Shown: positions 40,396 through 54,403, numbered from the stretch's first letter. The stretch is DNA of 64,000 bases from Raillietiella orientalis (GCA_036172245.1 JAYWIR010000003.1:1178001-1242000); one strand, 5' to 3'. Translations and numbers: made by a program. The notes: generated from the sequence alone by a model not told the origin.

Positions 40396-41000
40396 GATAC
40401 TCATTCCATCCAACTTTGCGTGAGAAGACGTTCTCCCGTTCCAGCACGAACGTAGTTTCCGCATGCATCGAAGCCGCCTTGATGGATGTTGGCAGTGTTT
40501 ACTCACGTCATCAGTGAGAAGCAAGTCTTTCCAATTCGTAGAAGGTTCCCGATATAAGTTACCCACAAAGTTCGCAAACTTCAGTTTGTCAAAGCTTTTC
40601 CTTTCTAGGAGAAAATTGTATAATACGGGCGAACCGCGGGTGATGCGAATAATTCAACGAGCCGTCGCCTTCTTCCGATTCGCACTGTTCGAGCATACGT
40701 TGATTGCAAAATACGTAATCGGTTCCGGCTTAACAGAGGTAAGAAGTCCTGGAAGAAGCCCCCGAGAAACTCGTTCGCAGCCTCGTCCTGTTCGCCCAGG
40801 GGCTGCTGACCTCCGCGAACCCCAACTTCCTGGCTCACCACAGGAACGCTTCCGGGAGCGTGTCCCCGGAGCCGGGGAAGCCACAGAAGCTGATGAGCAT
40901 GGAGGAGTACGACCGGCCCAACATCCGCAAGTTCTCCGTGGCGGGGCGCCACCGTCAGCACTCTGGGGGAGGCCCTACCGGAGGAGGGGACCTAGGGCGC
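40396..41000 (+). pseudogene. NDRG-family (invertebrate NDRG-like) gene relic
   Basis: VLEEAPEKLVRSLVLFAQGLLTS...SMEEYDRPNIRKFS (40749-40937) resembles the C-terminus of invertebrate NDRG-like proteins. Upstream pieces are frameshifted, and no intact start or hydrolase-fold exons are visible. Confidence 0.55.
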
Positions 41001-41299
41001 CGGCCGCCGACAGGCTCCCCCGCCTCCACCCACGCTCCCACCTTCCGCAGCTGTGGTCATCCGAATACACGTGCGGCTGCGGAGGTAAAAAATGAAATAA
41101 AATAGAGGTGAGCAGTGAAAAATTTCAAAGTCAGGTTTTTGCTTGCCTGCCAGCGAAACGTTGCTATGAAAAAAAATCAAGAGAATCTTCTGAAAATCTA
41201 AATTTATTGTCAACAAGGCATAGAGTAGTTATAGAGAGCAAAATAAGAACATGAAAATTCTAAATATTATCCATAAAGGCAAGCATACGCGGACGAAAG

Positions 41300-41830
41300 T
41301 ATTTTCATCGTTTTGCAAAATATTTTAGCAGAGGAAAATGAGCTCTTTTATTTTTCTTCAAGTCTGCATGCATAGGTTTGTAGACGCAGAATGCCACCGA
41401 CTTCTCGCCGATTCAGAGCTTCGACCGAGGTTAGGATCCGCATCCGTCTTGTTTTGCCTCAGAATTCCTACAGCCTGAAAGATATCTCGAATTCCTTGCA
41501 GGTGAACTACTTCACTTGCACATCATCACAATCTTTGACATTCTTGTCGGCTTCTTCAAGTGCTCTTGGTTTATGTAAAAGCAGATCATCATCAGTTAAC
41601 TGTTCCGAATGTTCCCGAACATCTTCATTTTCTAATTCGTCAATTTTTCCAATGCTCTTTTGGTATTCGCATTTTCTTCCACAGCAGCTTTTCCTTGGGA
41701 ATCAAATTTTTGCTGATGCAGTAACATGTCTCTTCTGTTTTGCACTCGTAATGTGCAGAATCCTCTTAGCCATTTTCTTGAGGCGCTTTTCAAAACAAGT
41801 GAAACAAACCATGAAAAGTGATGAGTAGTA
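41300..41830 (-). mobile_element. Tigger/pogo-like transposase C-terminal remnant
   Basis: IDELENEDVREHSEQLTDDDLL and DADPNLGRSS resemble pogo/Tigger C-terminal segments; stops and frameshifts present. Confidence 0.5.
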
Positions 41831-44176
41831 CGATAGGCAGTAGTACAAGCACACGCGAGGATGAACAGCTTCAGCCAGAGGTGGCAGCATCTAAAACTCT
41901 AACGGGAACCTGCCAACATTAACTGAGCAACTTTTGCTGCGCTGACCCACATTAGCTGAATTTTGGTTCTCATTAAACACGTTCTGGATTCTTGAATAAG
42001 TTGGCATGAAAAGTGGACTTTCTGTATATCTAAATGAATAATGTATAGATTCAAAATTTCGAAAGTTTTGTAATTTGCACCTTTCAAACAACGTTCTATA
42101 ACCCAACCATAGGCTCATTTGATTACTAATTTCACATATTGTTTCAAATTAAGTAAATTAATGCAATGTGTATCTCATGTTTGAAACTTTGGAGAAGTAG
42201 ATAAACGTATCAAGTGAATGATGCATTTAAGAAGTTGCATTTTCTGATCAAAGACAGGTACAAATTCTAAAGAGCAGCTTCTGACAGGATAATGATTCCA
42301 CAGAAACGTAAATCTCCTTATAGCATGTAAAACTTACTAACACAGATAACTTTTGAAATTGATGGATTTCTAGGATAAAGATGAATACATGGATTTCGTA
42401 AAAATAAATGATGTTGTCTGTATTCATTATTTAGAATACCATTATTGATGAAAATAAGTGAACACATAGCGTCAAAAGATGATACGCATCCGTAATATTT
42501 CCACATTATTTTACAATTTGCTCATTTCTACTAAGATATAAAAAATGAACTAATGGAATTTTCAATAAGTAAAAATATACAGGAAATGGATCTTGGATAT
42601 CTCAAAGAAATGCATATTAAGTGACAGTCGACATAATGCGATGACTAAATATTAATTCATCTGAAATTTGCTCTTGTACTTTTTAATCACGACAACTGAA
42701 GCACATATGAACTTGTACATCCAATTTTCCAATAGGCACTCAGCTATGTGTTAAAGGACATAAAAGAATCTGCAGATTAACATAAGTGGAAAAAAATTAT
42801 ATTTCCTGTTTCAGTTGTGTAGTTGCCTGATTCTATAATTGCTGAAAAATATTAGCATTCTTCATATTTAGTTATATAATCTGAGTAAATCCGATCCCAT
42901 GAGTCAAAAGTCATTTGTGTCACCATCCAAATAAATTTATAAATTAACCTCAAACATCCGTCTCTGAATCCTAAAACTTTATGCCTACACTCTGGAAGCC
43001 ATGTTCTTTATTAGGAAACAGCTAATTCCTACACTCTGTGCATACTCCATTTTCTTATATAAGTCTTCGAAAAAACTTTCACCATCAAATTTTGGATTGG
43101 CTTGATGTAGAAATGTTCATCTCTTGTTTATGCTAGTGTAGAAGATGCAGTATCAGATGCTTTAGTACTAGGTGCTTTGAATGAAGTCATCCAACAATTA
43201 ACGACAGATCAGATTAAAGATACGTTTCTTACATTTTGCAATTGCAGGAAATAACAGTCTTTAGTAATCCGATCCTTTAGACGAATTAGCCTTTGAATTC
43301 CTTCATTTTTTGAATCTTTTTGTTAAGAATGCGAAAAGTTAGAAACTAAACATGGGAATAGATTATTTGAGGTTTCAGTTTTTTTCAGAGAATGCATGTC
43401 CATTAGCAAAATTAGGAATATTCAAAAGAAAGCAACTAACATTTCACCATGCCATGGACAATCGTTATCCTTCTCATTTTTATTTTATAATAAAAGGAAT
43501 ACACTTGTTTTTACGGCATGGTAATTTAGAAGGAAAGACTGAATCTCAACCTACCTAATTTCTATATTTCAAAAGTTTCCAAAATTAATAGCTACCTTTA
43601 TAAATCAAAAATTTATTCATAGTGTTGAAATAGAAATGCATACTTAATGGCTGAAGGATGGCTTGATTATATTACAAAAATGCTCGAAAAAAAAAAAAAA
43701 ACTATAGCGTGGAGACTCTTAGATATCGGATTGAAAAGACAAAGTATCGATTAGTTTGTTTACCAAAAAAACTTAAGAAGAGGTGTTTCGTATCTTTAAT
43801 TATGAGAATATCTTAAAAAATAGAAAAAAGGATGTATAAGAGGGTTAATCTAGAAAAACGTTGTTGGAGGATTTGCCTAATATTCTTGCTCTTTTGTAGA
43901 TGAATACGAATGTATCCTTAGAAAAACTAAGTGATGAAACTAGAATGTGGAGAAGTAATGTTCAATGGAGAATGCATAATGTTATAAATCTACTGATTAT
44001 TTGAATGAGTGCGATGGAGATATTAAAATAGCACATATTTATCTTGATATGATAAACTCTGGTATCTCTGTTGAAGCGCGAAAATAGTCGTCTCTGAGTA
44101 GTTGAAATTTTGTTCTGGATTACTATAGTGTCTCTGTTGGCTGATCTTTACGTTTTGTGGATTGTTTCCTGGCACA

Positions 44177-45895
44177 ATGACATTACAGGAGGATTGTTTA
44201 CAGTTTTTTGGAACCTCAGATTTATATCAGATACTGAAGATACGGAAAACTGCAAAACCTAGAGAAGGTGATTTTATGATTCTATAATTATAATTATGTG
44301 AACCTTAAGAATTATATCACTACAGTCTTGATGCCAGTGTTTCTTTTACTTTTTGAATCTGACTTTCATAACTCCTGGAAAATACAACGTTTTGCACATT
44401 TTTATTTATGAGAATATTTCTAAGTATGCTTTCACTGGATCACATTTTAATAAGTTATAAGCTGATGTTATTTTTCAAAACAAATTATGACTGCAGGAAT
44501 AAAAAAAAAAATTGAACATGCACCTTTATTTTGAATTACGATTAACTTTAATTAAGGATTTCCCAGTCGGAAGCATGTAAAATGTGTAGTGCAGTTGCAT
44601 TTTCTAGTGCTAGTAAGAAGATAAATTTAGTGATTTTGTTGTCAAAAATGCATTAACTTTAGAAAATGTAAACGTTCTTTACAGTTGCAATGTATGTTTA
44701 ATGTATACAAATTCTGATTATTTCCCATGTTTGCAACTTGTGTGACAGTAGCTGTTTTTATAGTGAAAAAAGCATATTATTCAGCCTCCTTGAAAATTCA
44801 TCCAGACAGAGTTCCTCCAGGAAGAAAAGAACAGGCTACCAGCCAGTTTCAACTGCTCCTAAAAGTATATTCTGTACTCTCTGATCAGCAGAAGCGTCTG
44901 CTATATGATGAGTCAGGTGAATTTTAAAAACATGTTTTGTTTTTTAAGTTTCAATTAGGCCAAGTGGATGATGAATTCAGTATTAACATAGAAGACTGGA
45001 GAGGATATTGGAATACTTTATTTAAGCCTGTGACAAAGGAGTTGATTGAACAGTTTGAGAAGGAATACAAAAGTAAGTTGGATTTGCAGTTAATTTGAAA
45101 TCATTTAAGTATGCAGATTCTGAAGAAGAACTGATGGATTTAAAGGCAGCATATCAAAAATGCAAAGGAGATATGAATGCTATTGTGCAACATATATTTT
45201 ACAGATATGATGATGAGCCTCGTATCTGCAGTCTCATTCAAAGAATGATTGATAGTCAAGAAGTGGAGGCCTTTCCAGCTTTTACTCATGAACCCAAGAG
45301 CAAGAAGGAACGTCGATGGAAGCGATGGGCGAAAGAAGCTCAGGAAGTGGAAAGAGAGAACAAGCATCAAAATCTAGATACAAAAGAGCAGTTAATAGCA
45401 GCTATTCAAAATCGGAAGTCATCAGTAGAAAACTTCCTTCATAACTTGGAGGCCAAATATTGTACTTCTGCAACTAATCAGAAAGCAACCAAAAAAAGGG
45501 CTGTAAACAAATCTTTGCCTAAAACTGAGGGTAGGGAATCAGGTAAAAGGTCGAAGAAAGCATTAAGTCTCGAAAAAACAATGATTGCTCCCCAAATGGA
45601 TACCATTTCTGTTAATAGTAATCAACACATGGATGGGTCAGCTGCCTCTGATCATCAGAAACCAAAGACTACCACTTCAAAATCTAATCAGATGAAAAAA
45701 GTGTCACAGAAAAAAACAAAATCCAATGAGGACTTAAACACAAGTGATGTAGCTCCCACTAAAGGTACACTTAATAAGAAAAAAGTCATTAAAAAAAAGA
45801 ATGCTGTTCCACAAACAAAGCAAGTGGTGAAGAGTGGAACAGATGAAATGCATAAGGTGTATCCAACCAGAACTAGGAAACAACTTTTATTATAA
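44177..45895 (+). CDS. DNAJC9: DnaJ homolog subfamily C member 9
   Basis: FFGTSDLYQIL, J-domain SLKIHPDRV, SEEELMDLKAAY.KCKGDM, LIAAIQ, FLHNLEAKY. Exons 44177-44267, 44764-44917, 44959-45072, 45117-45895. Confidence 0.92.
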
Positions 45896-45946
45896 CATAT
45901 TTGGAATTTATTTTTAAAGAACATTGCTATTTCCCAAACTTTCCTA

Positions 45947-46736
45947 TTACCGACGATTCCCTCTTCCTTGTTTCTTTTTCTTTGATGACGGATTACTGTC
46001 TTGAGCTTGTTTCAGAGCAGGCTTTAATGTTGTTTCTGTCCCACTACGTTGGCAACGAGTTTTCAGTTTTGGAATCATTTCTCCTAGATGTAATAATATA
46101 GCCTTTTCTACAAAAACATTTACTGCCATAGATGACTTATCATTGTCCTTACTTGTTGGCAGGGCAGGATTCTCTGGCTCACCATCATCATTTCGTATTT
46201 GCACTCTTATTCGCCCTTGACAGGTTGCTTCTTTGGTTCTTTCATGGCAGTAATTTTTTTTTTCTATAATAGGATTAAATCCTGCTACTGCTAGTACATC
46301 ACGCATCTCCTCCACACAGGGATTATCTACAGCCTACAAACAAATCTTAATTGGAAAATATTTTCAGCTAACCTTGCTTTTAGGTATTCTTCTACCCTGA
46401 TCCAGTGTTCTCTTGTTATTGATGTAAGCAGGATACAAACATGCCCACCTGATGATACAGTCATTTAGTTATATATAAATAACATTACTATTCAAAAGTA
46501 TGCAACAACTTTTACTGGATGGCACGTGAGAGCTTATTTACTGTCTGAGAGAGTAAATCACGGTTACTTAGAACCCAAACTTGATATACGTGTTAAGTTT
46601 CCAATTTTGTTTGACTACAATTTTTAGTATCGTTACCAATACGAAAAAGCTAACTTCCAAATCATCTGAAACAGAAATATGCCACACCTAACCTTTCTAT
46701 ATCTGAATACTTTTTTTCAGGGTTCCAGAAACTCAT
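45947..46736 (-). CDS. SRP19: Signal recognition particle 19 kDa protein
   Basis: RWACLYPAYINNKRTLDQGRRIPK, AVDNP, GRIRVQIRNDDG, EMIPKLKTR, basic tail; ATG at 46736, four exons. Confidence 0.95.
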
Positions 46737-48868
46737 TATTGCACCTCGATATGCAGCACCTGTAAAGCAAAACAGTCAGGGTTGCTCTGCATAGCTTTTA
46801 TAAAAATCATATTTGCAAGCAGTAAATGAGAATGATCCATAATGTAAATAATTGCTTTACCGATTAATGATTTTCAAATAATAGCTAATGCACGATTTTT
46901 ATATGCACTCAACATGATTTGCTTCTCCATAAGATTGGAAGCAGAAGGTATTAAGGGCGTTTGACCCGTCCTTTCCAGATTTTTTGTTTCTTTACAAGAG
47001 CAGCAATCTCAATAACAGTTGTGTACCTTTTTCATTCATTCTCTTTATAGAAATCTTTTTTTTTAAAATGAAACCGCCATATAGTAGTGCTCTGTTATAA
47101 TCATAATTGAACTTCTAACGGATTTTTGCTTTGGATAAGTTTTTATATTCCTAACTTGCAACTTCGCATGTAGTGCGGAATCTTAGTTTCTTTTCCAGGT
47201 CAAACCAATTACATATAAATATTATATTTCACACCTCATTTAGCATTCCCTGCTTTACAACAAGGTTTCTATTTAGAATACTAAGCAATGGATTCTTCAT
47301 ATTTGAAAACTTCCTAGTTAGTGCCTTGTACACTCACACCTACCTCTAGAGGCACTTAATCTTTGTGAAGGCAATTAATTCTTTAAGGACTATTCAGAAA
47401 TATCTGATTTATCATGTGGTTTTGTTTTCTACGAATGTTCAGCAATCCGCAGACTGAAGCACAACTGCAACTTCATGAAATCACCTTACTGTGCGCTCCA
47501 TATGTTCCCACGTATAGAAAATGAGAAGAAAGCAGCCAAAAGTAATAAATGGCTAGATATGTTCAGTGCTGTTGTATTATAATTAATATCTTATCTATAC
47601 TGTCTTTACAAAGATACTTTTTAGCAAGGGGAAATTCACATTTCGCGGTCACCACGTGCCGGATCCGGAAACCTATAAACGTAATTCAAGACGCTACAAC
47701 GCCTCTATCTTTTTGTTCTAAAATCTGCTTGAAACCTTGTTGTAGAAAGCATTCATGCCGCTTTTGGCTATGATTAAGAAACTCCTAAATTGAAGTTGAC
47801 GCTAGGAGAGATGAAACGGATGACTGGTGTGCTCGAATCTAAGATAACACCCAACCAGCTTTGATTGTTTATCATAGTTTACTGCACCGGTCATCGATTT
47901 CTGTCAAGTCCATTAGTTATTGAAAGTTGGAGTTTTGTGTCATCCAGGAATCTGGATTGCATAAACAAAATAATGGGGCAACTTCGAACTTCACAGCCAC
48001 CGGAGAGACAATATGGAAGAAGGGTGTGCATAAACAGTGATATTGAATAACACTCGATCAGTTGTTCCACATTGTGAGGAATCGCATGCTGTGGAATTAA
48101 TCGTGTTGTACACAATAATGTCCACTCTGACCGTAACATGGTTTTCATTACAATTCACCAGAATCATCATTTAAGAATTGCATGCTTCGATTTCTCCAAT
48201 ATCGTCCATGTAGTCCGCAAAAAACTTTCGACAAACGATTTTTTGGTTGCTAATTTTCCCCCTTTTTGTGGATTAGATTCGTACACATAAAAATGGAAAC
48301 GACAGAAAATGACAAATGAGGAGAACTGTGGAATGCTAAAATCCTAAATTACTTAAATGTTTGCAACGGATGCAACTATTCACGTAGTACTCGATCATCA
48401 TGAACGAAATACGCATCGCAAGCGTTCAGATTTCAGTCCGAATTATTAATATCCTTACTAATTCCATAACTTCAGAATAAGAACCAAATTTTCATCATTG
48501 CTCACGTTATTTTAGGCTATGGATTGCATCGTAAAAATCTAGTTTAGTTATGCAGAACCAGTCATGTCACCCAAACTACAAGTCACCGTATTTAATTTTT
48601 TGGTCCGTAAGTATCCTGTTTCTTGGCATACACTTGCTTGCATTGATACCTGTGGTTCAGTGATAATAGTTTGCTCCTTCATATACATACATACAGTAGA
48701 TATTAATTACAAATTTTACATTCAAGCTAAAGTTAGAAACTAATAATGCAGTACTGATAATCCAGTACATGTTAGATGAACAAACAAATTCCTGAATAAT
48801 TCATCATTTTTCATTCATAACAAGATTGAAGTGCATTTTATTGTCTTACTGCAATTGAGAATTCAAGA

Positions 48869-49516
48869 CTAATTGGCAGTTTTTTTCCAAATCAAAACCT
48901 TGTTGTTTGCAGGCATGTCATGAATGGATTCCAGCTTCAAGTGAAGGCTTTCTGAAATTTTTTCAAGTTCGCATACATCTTTTATTCCCCAAAGTGGATT
49001 AGTCTGCTTCAACTGTTTATCAAATTGTACATTACTCTCTGGAACGAGCACACCATTCATCCTGTAAGGGCCATAGGTACAAAGTATGCCTCTGGATTTT
49101 AACAGAAAATCTGAAGCTGCAAACAGATGTTCACTACACTTGATAGGTGTCACATGAATCATATTAACACACAATATAAAATGAAAACTATCAGGTAAAA
49201 ATATATCAGCATCCCATTCCATTGGAGGCTTACATACATCTACTTGAATGGGTGGATGAACATTATTTAATTTATAATGTTCAATATATTTTGCAATACT
49301 GTTTAAACAATGGCTATCAAGCTCTGTAGGATACCAATAAAAATTTGGAAATTTTTCAGCCATAACTTGCATATGTTGTCCTGAACCAGCTGCAATTTCT
49401 AATCCCCTGAGTTTTTCATTTGAATCACCAAAATCAACACTTAGTGAGTTTAGATAAGGAGAAATGGTTTCTAAGATATATTTCTTATTTCTCTCAGGTG
49501 CTGAATAACACAGCAT
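48869..49516 (-). CDS. METTL26: Methyltransferase-like 26 (UPF0585/DUF938)
   Basis: Single-exon 215 aa ORF: APERNK, LEIAAGSGQH, NMIH, TYGPY, SNVQFD, WGIKD, DMPANN. Confidence 0.93.
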   Translation of the reverse strand: MLCYSAPERNKKYILETISPYLNSLSVDFGDSNEKLRGLEIAAGSGQHMQVMAEKFPNFYWYPTELDSHCLNSIAKYIEHYKLNNVHPPIQVDVCKPPMEWDADIFLPDSFHFILCVNMIHVTPIKCSEHLFAASDFLLKSRGILCTYGPYRMNGVLVPESNVQFDKQLKQTNPLWGIKDVCELEKISESLHLKLESIHDMPANNKVLIWKKTAN

Positions 49517-51247
49517 TTTGTTGTGAAGTCTAGTATGTGATGAATTAATAGGATGATTACCTGTGAAAAATCATTTCAAATACTGCACTAAGGTTACTTT
49601 CATATTAATTTTTAGAGATTTTCGAGATTTCAATATAATAAAACCCTAATTCAATTGCAAATTTTGAAATCCCAAATTCATCGATAAATGGAAAACTATT
49701 TACATCAACCAAAATAATAGCAACTAGTGCGGGGATCAGCAATATTTCCTTCATAAAAATGAATCAAACTATAAACCGGTGTCATAACAGATTTCGACAT
49801 CAATTAATTTATGATAACCATCAACTACTTTCGGTGGCAGCTTGCTCACATGAGTAATTCATGGTCGGGTCTATCAAAAATGGACTTGCTTGGAAATTTC
49901 CTCATCTTCAAAAATTATAGATAATTAAATAAATGCATGCGCTGTTGGGTGGTTTACATTAAAAAAAGGTCCTAAACACACCACAGATGAGAGATCTGCA
50001 CGCCATCTTGCAATGTTTCATGAGGCGATAATAACACAGAAAAATAATTACACACATCCGCAATGGGTCATGAACGACTAATTTTTTTAACTTAAATCTA
50101 AAGTGGTTTAGCACCTTATTGACATACCAGGGCTTCAAATCTGGGAGCAACCACAGGCCCCTGTGGGATGGCCAAGACGATTCCTGTCGCAACGGGAAAG
50201 TTCCTCACGGAGGAGAAATCAGGCCCGCAGGTTCGACAAGTGAGCCATGGAAAACAAAACAGTGGGGGAGAAGGTGCCTGTTAATTCCTGAGCAGAATTT
50301 CTCCATGGACACAACAAGTTTGTTTCCATATGTACTCTTAACCGTTCCACATGCGATCGAATTTTGCTACTCTCGAATTTTTTTCTACTTCATTCTAACT
50401 GTACGTTCTTCATTCAACGGGAAATCTTCCAGCAAAGATAATACATTACCTATTGGACTTTTTATGTCAAAGGATACACGAATTCAGTCACAGCCACACT
50501 TGTCACTTATTTTAAAATTTTAAAATGGCATTGTTTTAATCTTCGATAGGCCATTGATCAGCAATTTAAAAGATAGGCGGTGGCTCCAGTCCGATGAAGC
50601 TGATATACTTTTGAGTGAATAACGACTTGAAAAATATGAATAAATTGCCAATAAAGTCTCATTTGCTTCATTCGCAACACACAATATGGGACCATGATAA
50701 CTAAAGTAAGAAACAAAACTGAAACAATTTAATCCTTCTAAGCCACGAGCGAATATCAAGTCTATACAAGTTGACTACTCGGAGTGGATTTTACAGGATC
50801 TGATGCAAGTATCGATTTAAACATCGTCTGCATAAAGTCCAATAAGTTTATATTTTCTAATTTCTTGATATCTACGTGAAAATCTCCAACTAATATGATG
50901 GGTATATACGGATCACTGAAGTTCTTCGTTATTCGAAACACCACTGAAAACCTGGATTGTCCCCAAGTCCGACAAGCGGTGGGGTGAATTTATTAAAATT
51001 CTACCAACGCACAAACAATCAACACGCACTCAGTTGAGTCTTTCAGGACTTCACAGTCCACTATTGCACAGATTCGCAGTTTTACTTAACATATCGTGAT
51101 CACTTCACTTGGTTTTCCAGATTTCAAGGTAGGGGAAGGGGAGGGGAATCGTCCCTTGTGCCCGGATGTATTCTTCCATCTTGAGAAGGATGTACCGGTA
51201 CGTCCAGGCTGGGATCTTGCCGCAGCTCCTGATCCCTATTTCCTTTT

Positions 51248-54200
51248 TCACAAGGCCGCTGACAATGTCTCATGCAGGCACTTGAGGTGGAAGGGCGCCC
51301 TCTTTATCACAATGGCAGTGATAAAGAGGGCTAGCGTGGTCAACACCATCGGGTTGTAGAGGGGAACAACTCCCGTTCCCTGAAACAAACCCGACAGGAT
51401 TTGTTCGTTCGTCTTCCTCTGTAGGCAGGTTATTGCCTTTACCGCATGCCAATCGGGACGTAGTGTGGGGCAAGTGAACACGTGAAGTTGAGTTTCCTCT
51501 TCTCCGCACGCCTTGCAGAGTCCATCTTGATGGTTTCCTGTCCAATGACACAAGCTGGAGCCACTCAGTCTCCGTTGTAGAACAACAGGTAGTCGTCCTG
51601 CGTGTCCGGGGGAAGGTCACTCCCCATGAGGGCAGCCCCTACGGTCAGCACATTAGCGTGCGCGGGGCCGTAGCGTCTCGAGGCTGCCTTAAGGGCATCG
51701 AAGTCTTGTTGCTGTTTTCCTAATTCAGTCCTCATGTTGGCTTTGGTCATGAACAGCCACGCCTGGTGCGGCTGTTCTTTCCAAGGCTCCCGGGTTCGAT
51801 GGTTGTTAGAACCCCGCAAAGCCGTGGTCAAGCGATGCAGTCGCAATTGGTGCCGATTGGCACTGGTGGGGAACTGCACGCAACGTCAAATATTCAAGCG
51901 TGGCCTTTGGTGTAATCAGCTCACAGTCTCCCTTGGGATCGGGATAAAGTGAGGTATCACCATAGCACGCTCTTCATCCCATGCTTCAGAGCTCCTAGGC
52001 ACGATTTTGAATCGGTGAGTTGTCACCAGTGCCTGTTTACGTATCCATGTAGGGTCGATTTGTATCCAATCTCCAGTGGCGCCTGTGAGCACTGACATCA
52101 GGTCCCTCGAGTTGTTCAACAGTTTCGAGTACGCCCAGTGCGCTGCATAGGGCCACTCATCCCAACTTCTCGTGAGATCCAGGAGTTGCCGCGCATCCAT
52201 GGTCTCCACGGAATGTTCCAGCAGCTTCATACCGATCCCACCATGCTCACGAGGGCGGCACAGCAATTCCAGCCGAACCCTCAGTCGATATTCACGCCGT
52301 AGGAGCTTCCTTTGCACTTTTTCCAACTCCACTTTTGTCTTCTTGCCGATTCGGCAGGTCTCCCCATAGAGAACCTTGGGAAGGAGAACTCCGTTCCACA
52401 AGGTGGCTCTTCGCGTCATCTTGAAGTCGACGCAGGTGTACTTGGTGGCTTCATCTTGGATCATGCCTAGGATTTCCTTCCACAGGCAAAGTGACGCAGT
52501 CTCGTCTCCGAGTGGATTCCCAGGTATTTCACTGTTTCTGCTGCTCAAAATCCAGCCTCTTGCAGTGTAGAGAGGTCCATGATCCCGATTGGCAACAGGT
52601 GGCTCTTCCTGGTGTTGATTTTGAGGCCTAGTCCTTATTCCATCTGTTTGACCACACCTAGGAATGCTTGTGAGTCTCCTTCGTCCTTAAGGAAGAACAA
52701 GAGATCATCCGCCGACGCCAGGTGGGTTAACTGCTGGCCGTCTATTCGAATTCCTTGGAGACGGCTGCCTCGATCCACGATCGTCGACACCGCCTCCATG
52801 TATAACACGAACGCATCGGGCTCAGGGGGTCGCCTTGGCGAACTCCCCTCTCCATCCGAATTGCTGCCGTCTCCAGACCGTTGATCCCGATGTTTACTTT
52901 TTGCACCGCGAGGGTCCACTCCAGGTATTGCAAGAAGCTTGGGAAGCCCAGTTTCCTCAAGATCTTCAATAGCATCCCATAGTCCACGGTGTCGAATGCT
53001 TTCTCCATATCAGTGAACCCTAGCACCAGGTCTCCGCCTACATATAGGAAATACCCGATGGTGGCCAGGGCACACTTCACATTCGCAGACAGGCATCGTC
53101 CGGGCATCGCGCATGTCTGCGTAGGAGACACGACTGATGGCATCGTGATGTTTAAGCGGTTGGCCCAGATCTTGGCCAACCACTTGGCATTCGTGTTGAG
53201 GATGGTGATCGGCCGCAATTGGATGACTTCCAACAGGTCGCCTCCCTTCGTGGAACGATGGAGTGAGGCTGTCTTCTTAAATGGCACTTGTGAGTTCGCG
53301 GAACAGGCGAAGGTAGGCGTGCAGGTAACGCTGATAGTGCGTGATTGGAACACTATCGGGTCCAGCCGCCACATCCTTGCGCAGTCCAGCGAACTCAATC
53401 TTGATTTCTTCTGCGGAGATCTCTTCTTCCAGCTTCTCTCGATATTCCTGTTTTACTCGTGGGTGCAGGTACCGCAGGATGCTCTGCTTTTCCGCTGGGC
53501 GCAGATCTCGTCGTCGGAAGTGCGAGGTGTAATGATGGTGGAAGGCTTCCGAGATTCCTTCCGACGTGTGCCTGAATTCATCTGCGTGCCGGATGGAGAA
53601 GACATCGGTGGCGATGCTTCTCTTTTCCAGTACTCCAACTTCCCCTTTGACGGTCTTGAACACGTACGGGCTCTCCTACTGTGGCTAGTATTTCGAAAGC
53701 GAGCAGTCTTGGTGTTCAAGCTCAGGTACGCTTCGGATCTCATCTTCCTGTCGCCGAACTGCGCGTTACTGAAGAGATGGATTGTGCGCTTCAACCTGTC
53801 CCAGTCGGCGACCCGGAGGATGGTAGTATTCCGCAGAATCGCTTCGATTAAATACTGGTGACAGAGATGCGTCTCGAACTATGCGGGCATGCATACTAAC
53901 GCAGAGCTCCCGCCTGTCTTCGTCAGAGAGTTTTCCGTTCTTAGCGTGAATCGTAGCAAGGGATGATTCGAGAGCACACATGGAACGTCCTGGAAGCCTT
54001 GCAAAGGATTCGCGATGTCATCGCTGTATAGGACATGGTCAATCGGCTTGCTGCTGGCAGTTAGCCATTGTAGGCCGAACTCGTCCGTCAGCCGCTGATA
54101 GGCCATTCTTCCCCATGCATCCATGGACTGAGTTATCTTGTCCAGCATGTTGAAGTCTCCCACGACGATCACTATGTCCTTCGCCGAGGCCTTGCTCCGT

Positions 54201-54403
54201 AGCAGAGCCTGTACGGCTTCCGCGCAGCGATGTTTGCCTCGGTGCGGCCCGTACACGTTCACCAGGAACAGGTGCACGTGAAGGCAGATGATATGATCTC
54301 GCTTAATGGACCGTGTGACCAGTCTTTTCTCTTGATTAGACAATCCATTTACGTTCCAGGAGGAGATATTGATGCTCCTGGCCGTCGACAGGAAGGTGGT
54401 CAT
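51248..54403 (-). pseudogene. LINE ORF2 (APE endonuclease, reverse transcriptase, CCHC)
   Basis: SWNVNGL, VGDFN, IDH; LRPITILN, QTCAMPGR, DMEKAFDTV, GVRQGDPLSP, ADDL; CKACGEEETQLHVFTC. Multiple frameshifts and deletions. Confidence 0.92.

Noticed and set aside
47757..47778. GCCGCTTTTGGCTATGATTAAG resembling the U2 5' region
   Set aside because: About 20 nt with mismatches; could be chance.
52989..53861. 290 aa plus-strand ORF and other long ORFs in GC-rich blocks (17-18 kb, 22-30 kb)
   Set aside because: Antisense or off-frame shadows of GC-rich transposon sequence, with no recognisable domains.
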